32,000 bases of DNA from Nostoc sp. (GCF_036916735.1 NZ_JBALFV010000125.1:16022-48021), one strand, 5' to 3'. Shown: positions 16,564 to 23,103, numbered from the stretch's first letter. Made by a program: numbers and translations. The notes: generated from the letters alone by a model not told the origin.

Positions 16564-19500
16564 ATGAACCAAAGCAACCAGGATAATGCCAAGGGATGGC
16601 AAACTCAGGTTGAGGGTGGAACAGCTTATGTCGGCGATATTAGTATCTACAATTCCCCTACTAGGCAGTTACACTCATCTCCTCCAAATAATATTCCTTA
16701 TCGGGGTGTCGCCAACTTTGTCGGGCGGGATGAGAAACTTGCCCAAGTGCATGAAAAGTTGCTGCAAAACGACAACGCAGCAATTTTGGCTGTGACTGGT
16801 ATGGGGGGAATCGGTAAAACTGAACTGGCGACACAATACGCACAGCGCTACAAAGTCAATTATCCTGGTGGGCTTTGCTGGTTAGATGCCAGAAAACTAG
16901 ATTTAGCAGCAGAGATTGTCGAGTTTGCTAAGTTTTACATGAAACTGGAAGTACCGCAAACCTTATTGACTTCCCAGGAACAAGCAAAATGGTGCTGGCA
17001 TAATTGGCAACCACAAACAGGACTAGTCTTGGTAGTATTGGACAATGTTGACGATGTAACTAACTGGAAAAATTCTCACCAAGTACTGCCAACAGATAAC
17101 CGCTTTCGTATATTGATGACAACTCGGTTGCGAAATCTCGGTTCAACAGTTCAACAGATAACTTTGGATGAACTCTCATCAAACGATGCTTTGAAATTGT
17201 TGACAGCTTTGTTGGGTGAGAATGATCGGCGAGTGCAACGGGAACCACAAACGGCAGCAAATTTATGTAAATGGCTGGGATATCTGCCTTTAGGTTTGCA
17301 ATTAGTCGGCGCGTATTTGGCAGAAGATCCAAATTTGTCTTTGACAGAGATTTTACAGCGATTGCCAGCCCAGCAACAATCTCAATTGGAAGCCGTATTT
17401 GAATTAAGCTGGCAACAACTCGATTATATGACAAAGTATGTCGGTGAGTTGTTGAGTTTATTTGCCTCAGATATGATTCCTTGGCAAATAGTTGAATCTG
17501 TCAGTCAGCAGCTAAATTGGGCAAAGGCAGATGTTGACGAGGCGAGAAAGCAACTTTATCAGCGTCATTTAATTCAAAGCGTAGCAGAAAGAGAAAGTTG
17601 CTATAAAATTCATCCTTTAATTAGGGAGTTTTTGCAGGGGAAATTAGTAGGGTTAAACACAGCCGATGACCTCAAAAAAGCCTTTGCCGCAGCATTAGTA
17701 GAAATTGCTCAGAAAATACCTGAATCTCTCACCCTTGAGGATATCAAATCAGTGCAGCTGGCAATTCCACACTTGACTGAGGTGGCACAAAATCTGATTG
17801 ATGTTGTGGAGGATGAAAATTTATTTTGGGTTTTCACTGGCTTGGGCAGATTTTATCAAGGACAGGGTTTGTATACCCTAGCAGCACCTTGGTATGAGCA
17901 AGGATTATCAACGGTGCAAACCCGTTTGGGAGAGGAACATCGCCATGTTGCCACCAGCCTGAACAACCTGGCATTACTCTACAATTCTCAAGGACGCTAC
18001 GACCAAGCCGAACCCCTGTTTCTGCAAGCTTTAGAACTGAGAAAACGCCTGCTGGGAGATGCACATCCCGATGTTGCCGCCAGCCTGAACAACCTGGCAT
18101 TACTCTACAATTCTCAAGGACGCTACGACCAAGCCGAACCCCTGTTTCTGCAAGCTTTAGAACTGAGTAAACGCCTGCTGGGAGAGGAACATCGCCATGT
18201 TGCCACCAGCCTGAACAACCTGGCATCACTCTACAATTCTCAAGGACGCTACGACCAAGCCGAACCCCTGTTTCTGCAAGCTTTAGAACTGAGAAAACGC
18301 CTGCTGGGAGATGCACATCCCGATGTTGCCGCCAGCCTGAACAACCTGGCAAATCTCTACGATTTTCAAGGACGCTACGACCAAGCCGAACCCCTGTTTC
18401 TGCAAGCTTTAGAACTTTATAAACGCCTGCTGGGAGAAGCACATCCCGATGTTGCCACCAGCCTGAACTTGCTGGCAAATCTCTACAATTCTCAAGGACG
18501 CTACGACCAAGCCGAACCCCTGTTGCTGCAAGCTTTAGAACTTTATAAACGCCTGCTGGGAGATGCACATCCCGATGTTGCCGCCAGCCTGAACAACCTG
18601 GCAAATCTCTACGATTTTCAAGGACGCTACGACCAAGCCGAACCCCTGTTTCTGCAAGCTTTAGAACTTTATAAACGCCTGCTGGGAGAAGCACATCCCG
18701 ATGTTGCCACCAGCCTGAACTTGCTGGCAAATCTCTACAATTCTCAAGGACGCTACGACCAAGCCGAACCCCTGTTGCTGCAAGCTTTAGAACTGAGTAA
18801 ACGCCTGCTGGGAGAAGAAAATCCCTCAGTTGCCACCAGCCTGAACAACCTGGCATCACTCTACTATTCTCAAGGACGCTACGACCAAGCCGAACCCCTG
18901 TTTCTGCAAGCTTTAGAACTTTATAAACGCCTGCTGGGAGAAGCACATCCCCATGTTGCCACCAGCCTGAGCAACCTGGCAAATCTCTACAATTCTCAAG
19001 GACGCTACGACCAAGCCGAACCCCTGTATCTGCAAGCTTTAGAACTTTATAAACGCCTGCTGGGAGAAGAACATCCCGATTTTGCCATCAGCCTGAACAA
19101 CCTGGCATTACTCTACAATTCTCAAGGACGCTACGACCAAGCCGAACCCCTGTATCTGCAAGCTTTAGAACTGAGTAAACGCCTGCTGGGAGAAGCACAT
19201 CCCCATGTTGCCAGCAGCCTGAACAACTTGGCATTACTCTACGATTCTCAAGGACGCTACGACCAAGCCGAACCCCTGTTACTGCAAGCTTTAGAACTGA
19301 GAAAACGCCTGCTGGGAGAAGCACATCCCGATTTTGCCACTAGCCTGAACAACCTGGCATTACTCTACAATTCTCAAGGACGCTACGACCAAGCTGAACC
19401 CCTGTATCTGCAAGCTTTAGAACTTAATAAACGCCTGCTGGGAGATGCACATCCCGATTTTGCCACCAGCCTGAACAACCTGGCATTACTCTACAAATCT

Positions 19501-19827
19501 CAAGGACGCTACGACCAAGCCGAACCCCTGTATCTGCAAGCTTTAGAACTGAGTAAACGCCTGCTGGGAGAAGCACATCCCTCTGTTGCCACCAGCCTGA
19601 ACAACCTGGCATTACTCTACGATTCTCAAGGACGCTACGACCAAGCCGAACCCCTGTTTCTGCAAGCTTTAGAAATTCGTCAGCAGGTGTTTGGGGTGAA
19701 TCATCCCAATACGGTTACTGTTCGGCAAAATCTGGAAAATCTTCAAGCTCAAAAGAGTGCTAACCGTAAAGTTAAAAATAATACTAATAATTCCTTGTGG
19801 AAGAAGTTTTTAGGGTTATTTGAGTGA
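16564..19827 (+). CDS. NLR-like STAND NTPase: N-terminal ~30-aa signalling motif + NB-ARC domain + 14 near-identical 42-aa TPR repeats
   Basis: 1087 aa. NB-ARC motifs: P-loop GMGGIGKT (aa 79-86, nt 16798-16821), Walker B LVLVVLDNVDD (aa 154-164), RILMTTR (aa 182-188), GLPL-type LPLGLQLVG (aa 241-249). The C-terminal half is TPR_10/TPR_12-type (kinesin-light-chain-like) repeats. No enzymatic N-terminal effector domain; only the short motif is present. Confidence 0.9.
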   Translation: MNQSNQDNAKGWQTQVEGGTAYVGDISIYNSPTRQLHSSPPNNIPYRGVANFVGRDEKLAQVHEKLLQNDNAAILAVTGMGGIGKTELATQYAQRYKVNYPGGLCWLDARKLDLAAEIVEFAKFYMKLEVPQTLLTSQEQAKWCWHNWQPQTGLVLVVLDNVDDVTNWKNSHQVLPTDNRFRILMTTRLRNLGSTVQQITLDELSSNDALKLLTALLGENDRRVQREPQTAANLCKWLGYLPLGLQLVGAYLAEDPNLSLTEILQRLPAQQQSQLEAVFELSWQQLDYMTKYVGELLSLFASDMIPWQIVESVSQQLNWAKADVDEARKQLYQRHLIQSVAERESCYKIHPLIREFLQGKLVGLNTADDLKKAFAAALVEIAQKIPESLTLEDIKSVQLAIPHLTEVAQNLIDVVEDENLFWVFTGLGRFYQGQGLYTLAAPWYEQGLSTVQTRLGEEHRHVATSLNNLALLYNSQGRYDQAEPLFLQALELRKRLLGDAHPDVAASLNNLALLYNSQGRYDQAEPLFLQALELSKRLLGEEHRHVATSLNNLASLYNSQGRYDQAEPLFLQALELRKRLLGDAHPDVAASLNNLANLYDFQGRYDQAEPLFLQALELYKRLLGEAHPDVATSLNLLANLYNSQGRYDQAEPLLLQALELYKRLLGDAHPDVAASLNNLANLYDFQGRYDQAEPLFLQALELYKRLLGEAHPDVATSLNLLANLYNSQGRYDQAEPLLLQALELSKRLLGEENPSVATSLNNLASLYYSQGRYDQAEPLFLQALELYKRLLGEAHPHVATSLSNLANLYNSQGRYDQAEPLYLQALELYKRLLGEEHPDFAISLNNLALLYNSQGRYDQAEPLYLQALELSKRLLGEAHPHVASSLNNLALLYDSQGRYDQAEPLLLQALELRKRLLGEAHPDFATSLNNLALLYNSQGRYDQAEPLYLQALELNKRLLGDAHPDFATSLNNLALLYKSQGRYDQAEPLYLQALELSKRLLGEAHPSVATSLNNLALLYDSQGRYDQAEPLFLQALEIRQQVFGVNHPNTVTVRQNLENLQAQKSANRKVKNNTNNSLWKKFLGLFE
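16573..16650 (+). other. N-terminal copy of the shared ~26-aa motif on the NLR
   Basis: SNQDNAKGWQTQVEGGTAYVGDISIY (aa 4-29), matching the C-terminus of the upstream ORF. Confidence 0.7.
17926..19689 (+). repeat. Fourteen tandem 126-bp (42-aa) coding repeats, near-identical at nucleotide level
   Basis: Consensus LGEAHPDVATSLNNLALLYNSQGRYDQAEPLFLQALELxKRL. The first unit starts at L455 (nt 17926) and the 14th ends at nt 19689. Includes a perfect ~248-bp tandem duplicate (18295-18542 = 18547-18794). Confidence 0.95.
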
Positions 19828-20197
19828 AGCAAAAGTTGTAATCGCCAAAATATCTTCAGATTCTAAATCGTTATAATCTTTCAATATTTATTCAGTACTC
19901 ATACCAGAACTGAGCAGTTCCAAAATAAATTCAACTGGATAACGAAGTCCTCGAATACAGGGTTTACCGTGGCAGATTTCTGGATTATGAGTAATGCGTT
20001 GTAGAAGGGGAGCATCTCACTTTTTTGCATGTCATTGCGAGCGAAGCGAAGCAACCGCAAAATCCTCCAACTCAAAGCGAGTCCTGCGATTGCTTCGTCG
20101 TTCCTCCTCTCTACGAGACGCTACTCGCGAACGCAATAACAATTTTTCATTAAAAAATGAAAACTGGGATGCACTCTTCTAGAAGTGTGTCATTCAT
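19816..20197 (-). pseudogene. DUF433-family (antitoxin-like) gene disrupted by a MITE insertion and by an in-frame TAA
   Basis: Minus-strand translation of 20003-19816 gives [62 protein letters not shown], with the internal stop at 19888-19890. Removing 20004-20179 plus one TA joins ATG(20197) AAT GAC ACA CTT C-TA CAA..., giving [14 protein letters not shown]... The last 12 nt overlap the NLR 3' end convergently. Confidence 0.75.
20004..20179. mobile_element. 176-bp MITE-like element with imperfect terminal inverted repeats, flanked by TA/TA
   Basis: The left end GAAGGGGAGCATCTCAC and the reverse complement of the right end GAAGAGTGCATCCCAG are similar. TA sits at 20002-20003 and 20180-20181. 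An internal imperfect hairpin pairs CGAAGCAACCGCA with TGCGATTGCTTCG, and the element carries the Nostoc-type motifs GTCATTGCGAGCGAAGCGAAGCAA and CTCTACGAGACGCT. It interrupts an otherwise restorable ORF. Confidence 0.7.
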
Positions 20198-20368
20198 CAA
20201 GAAATATTCATAAATTATGACGATATTTTTGTTCTCATATTTTAATTCTAAATACCAAATAACGACAGCAGAAAAGTAATTGTAGCTACAAATAAATACT
20301 TTTTACTTTTAATTTATTTTTGATTTAGGGTATTTACAAGTATAAAAATATACTTTAATATATAAATA

Positions 20369-20412
20369 AGAAAGGCGATCGCCCTCTGCCAAGAAACTGC
20401 GATCGCCTTTCT
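20369..20412. repeat. 14-bp-stem hairpin built on two HIP1 sites
   Basis: AGAAAGGCGATCGC (20369-20382) and GCGATCGCCTTTCT (20399-20412) are exact reverse complements with a 16-nt loop, about 30 nt upstream of the 20442 ORF. Confidence 0.7.
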
Positions 20413-20441
20413 ATAAACCCCCATTCTGGGAGACAATTACA

Positions 20442-20738
20442 ATGATGGCACAAGTACAAAAGTTTGTAAAAAATCACAAGTTCGCCCAATTAGAATTACA
20501 ACAGTACTTAGAGGGCGAATTAAATACACCCATCCTGAATCAATCTTCTGAAAATCAATTACCGAAAAGAGAACCGATTAAACATCTATTAATAGGTTCT
20601 CCAAAAGCAGTTACTAGCACAATTCACTATCTGCAAGTGATTGGCTACGCCAGCATCGGCGATTGGAGTCCGCTATTACCAACCGCCAACCCAGGCGAGG
20701 TAATGAGTATTTTAATCCGTCAGATTTTAATGCAATAG
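20442..20738 (+). CDS. Hypothetical small protein
   Basis: 98-aa ORF with GGGAGA about 9 nt before the ATG, followed by a GC-rich hairpin. No recognised family. Confidence 0.55.
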   Translation: MMAQVQKFVKNHKFAQLELQQYLEGELNTPILNQSSENQLPKREPIKHLLIGSPKAVTSTIHYLQVIGYASIGDWSPLLPTANPGEVMSILIRQILMQ

Positions 20739-20751
20739 GACATATCAAGAT

Positions 20752-20780
20752 GGTGCGTTGTCGCAAGGGCGCAACGCACC
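20752..20780 (+). terminator. GC-rich stem-loop after the 20442-20738 ORF
   Basis: GGTGCGTTG(T)CGC - AAGG - GCGCAACGCACC: a 12-bp stem with one bulge, starting 14 nt after the stop. No U-tract, so it may instead be a dispersed palindromic repeat. Confidence 0.4.
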
Positions 20781-20841
20781 CTACTTGAACTTCATCTGTC
20801 CTAGGGGTTTAGCAATGTGTTAAACCCAAAAAGCAGTGATT

Positions 20842-21135
20842 TTAATCAGAGAATAGCGCCTCTAAATCGCGGTAGTCACTTACTATCCGCACAACTTCAA
20901 TCCCCTCTGCAATTTGGCGATAAAATATCAAATAATCATCAACTGGAAAGCTTCGTAACGCAGGTAAAAGTTCATCCCGTCTGCGTCCCATACTAGGAAA
21001 CTGTGCTAAAGTATCCAACTTTTGAGTGATGATTGTGAATAATCTATCTGCAATATCTGGATTTCCAGCAAATAGGTAATCGTTAATTTATTGTAAGTCT
21101 TCGGTAGCTTGAAGCGATAGAAAATATAAACTCAT
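20842..21135 (-). pseudogene. parE: ParE family toxin gene inactivated by a premature TAA at codon 16
   Basis: Minus-strand translation: MSLYFLSLQATEDLQ*INDYLFAGNPDIADRLFTIITQKLDTLAQFPSMGRRRDELLPALRSFPVDDYLIFYRQIAEGIEVVRIVSDYRDLEALFSD*. The stop is at 21088-21090. The ATG overlaps the parD stop (TAATG). 294 nt = 98 codons in a single frame. Confidence 0.8.
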
Positions 21136-21404
21136 TATTGTGCCTGAGTCTTTCTCAAAGCTTGGTTCTTTTGACGCAGTTGCTCGATTACTTCTTTACC
21201 GTCGAGTCGTTCTTGGCGATCAAGTTGCTCAACCCCAATCATAATTTCTCTTTGCAGTTCCTCAAACCGACCCTTGTAAATACGTTCCCGTTCCTCCAAC
21301 AGCCTAACACCTGCAAGAATCACTTCCTCTGATGAGGTGTACTTACCGCTTACAACTTGACTTTGAATGAACTGCTCAAGCTCGGTAGTTAAGGAAATAT
21401 TCAT
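21135..21404 (-). CDS. parD: ParD-type (ribbon-helix-helix) type II antitoxin
   Basis: 89 aa. MNISLTTELEQFIQSQVVSGKYTSSEEVILAGVRLLEERE is the characteristic ParD/CC2985-family N-terminus. Located immediately upstream of the parE remnant. Confidence 0.85.
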   Translation of the reverse strand: MNISLTTELEQFIQSQVVSGKYTSSEEVILAGVRLLEERERIYKGRFEELQREIMIGVEQLDRQERLDGKEVIEQLRQKNQALRKTQAQ

Positions 21405-21676
21405 AAACTATTACCATATTTTTGTTCTCATATTCTAATTTTAGATGCGAACTGACAGCAGTCCATTGCGATCGCCTGAAGCTAAATGTTAAAACTTTTG
21501 GTGTATTGACTTATACGCAAATTACCCCACTTGCAGGGCGATCGCATCCATTCAACCCTCTTCAAAATCCACCACAACCACGTTAAGCTGGATCAGAGTG
21601 GCAATTTATTGCGCTTTTTAATATGAAAATCTCTGTTCTTGTCAAAATTTAATTTTTTCTGCTTGAGAACACCGGA

Positions 21677-22399
21677 ATGCTAGACCGAATTTTTGATTAC
21701 CTCGACTTTCATTTCAGCATTGAAGCCCCTATAGTTCTGCTGATCCTGGTGCTTTTAGAGGCGCTCTTATCTGCCGACAATGCGATCGCTCTGGCTGCGA
21801 TCGCTAGGGGGCTGGAAGACGAAGAACTTGAGCGTAAAGGACTCAACTTTGGTTTAGTCGTTGCTTATGTGCTGCGAATCACCCTGATTCTCACTGCCAC
21901 TTGGGTGCAACAATTCTGGCAATTTGAATTATTGGGTGCTGCTTATCTGCTGTGGTTGGTATTCCAACACTTTACCTCTCAACAAAGTGAAGACGATCAC
22001 TATCACGGACCGCGTTTTAATTCATTGTTGCAAGCGATACCTGTGATTGCCTTTACAGATTTGGCATTTTCTTTAGATAGCGTGACAACAGCGATCGCAG
22101 TTTCTCAAGAAAAATGGCTAGTGCTGACGGGTGCAACAATTGGTATTATTACGCTGCGATTCATGGCAGGATTGTTTATTCGTTGGCTAGACGAATATGA
22201 AAACCTAGAAGACGCAGGCTATGTAACTGTAGCGTTGGTAGGCTTGCGCTTGTTATTGAAAGTGGTAAACGATAGTTTAGTTCCACCAGAATGGATCATG
22301 ATTGCTGCCATCTTCCTAATTTTAGGCTGGGGATTTTCCAAGCGTGTTGGTACTGAATTACCCCAAGTAGAACCAGAGAAGAGCGAAGTCTCGAAGTAA
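21677..22399 (+). CDS. terC: TerC family integral membrane protein
   Basis: 240 aa. EALLSADNAIALAAIARGL and the second half-repeat DLAFSLDSVTTAIAVS are the duplicated TerC (PF03741) signature segments. Multi-pass hydrophobic profile. Confidence 0.85.
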   Translation: MLDRIFDYLDFHFSIEAPIVLLILVLLEALLSADNAIALAAIARGLEDEELERKGLNFGLVVAYVLRITLILTATWVQQFWQFELLGAAYLLWLVFQHFTSQQSEDDHYHGPRFNSLLQAIPVIAFTDLAFSLDSVTTAIAVSQEKWLVLTGATIGIITLRFMAGLFIRWLDEYENLEDAGYVTVALVGLRLLLKVVNDSLVPPEWIMIAAIFLILGWGFSKRVGTELPQVEPEKSEVSK

Positions 22400-22481
22400 G
22401 TGAAAAGTTACGAGTTAGGAGTGAGAAGTTAGGAGTGAGGAGTTAAGAGTTATTATTTATGAATTTTTAACTCCTAACTTT

Positions 22482-22511
22482 TGTACAGACGCGATTAATC
22501 GCGTCTCTACT
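22482..22511. repeat. 30-bp dispersed palindromic element, copy A (3' side of ndk)
   Basis: TGTACAGACGCGATTAATCGCGTCTCTACT contains the perfect 20-bp palindrome AGACGCGATTAATCGCGTCT. An identical copy lies at 23074-23103. Flanked by CTCCTAA-type STRR units. Confidence 0.9.
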
Positions 22512-22523
22512 CCTAACTCTCCA

Positions 22524-22973
22524 TTACTCGTGCAACCAAGGTGTTAAGTGTGGTTGCCAATTTACTAATTCTTCATCCTTAAACCATAGGGCTATTTCCC
22601 GTTGCGCGGTTTCTTGAGCATCAGAACCGTGGATTAAGTTGCGACCAATATCTAGGCCAAAATCGCCGCGAATCGTTCCTGGCTCTGATGTTAAAGGGTT
22701 CGTCGCACCAATAATCTTTCTCGCAGATGCAACAACACCATCACCTTCCCATACCATCGCTACCACTGGGCTAGAAGTGATAAATTCGACTAGACCAGCA
22801 AAAAAGGGACGTTCTCGGTGAACATCATAGTGTTGTTCAGCCAATTCTCGACTGACTTTCAGAAACTTTAAACCAACTAGGGTAAAACCTTTAGTTTCAA
22901 AGCGACGGATAATTTCCCCCACTAATCCCCGTTGTACTCCATCTGGCTTAATTGCTAAGAATGTGCGTTCCAA
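22524..22973 (-). CDS. ndk: Nucleoside diphosphate kinase
   Basis: (M)[21 protein letters not shown]...NLIHGSD...LWF. The tracked ORF starts at TTG 22985; the conserved MERTF N-terminus corresponds to TTG 22973 (149 aa). Confidence 0.95.
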   Translation of the reverse strand: MERTFLAIKPDGVQRGLVGEIIRRFETKGFTLVGLKFLKVSRELAEQHYDVHRERPFFAGLVEFITSSPVVAMVWEGDGVVASARKIIGATNPLTSEPGTIRGDFGLDIGRNLIHGSDAQETAQREIALWFKDEELVNWQPHLTPWLHE

Positions 22974-23073
22974 AGTTATCTCCAAAAACTTAATGAATTT
23001 TTTATTTTGTCAATTGTCCTTTGTCATCCTCTATCTTGAGTCTAAGGGTTTTGCACTAATGACCAATGACCAA

Positions 23074-23103
23074 TGTACAGACGCGATTAATCGCGTCTCT
23101 ACT
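23074..23103. repeat. 30-bp dispersed palindromic element, copy B (5' side of ndk)
   Basis: Identical to 22482-22511 in the same orientation. Adjacent to TGACCAA (STRR2-type) heptamers at about 23058-23075. Confidence 0.9.

Noticed and set aside
17834-19612. Long antisense ORFs (382 aa at 17834-18982, plus 19088-19324 and 19424-19612) opposite the NLR TPR region
   Set aside because: They are periodic by-products of the 126-bp repeat, which lacks stops in one reverse frame. Their sequences are repetitive (…GVRLGRSVLEN…) with no motif, and the sense strand encodes a coherent NB-ARC/TPR protein.
19994-20182. 62-aa ORF on the plus strand ([24 protein letters not shown]…)
   Set aside because: It lies entirely within the MITE-like element. 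The peptide is the typical translation artefact of the GCGAGCGAAGCGAAGCAA repeat.
21405-21676. Possible yybP-ykoY (Mn) riboswitch upstream of the terC-family gene
   Set aside because: TerC-family genes are often riboswitch-controlled, but I could not recognise the conserved riboswitch core by eye. A covariance-model scan (Rfam) would be needed.
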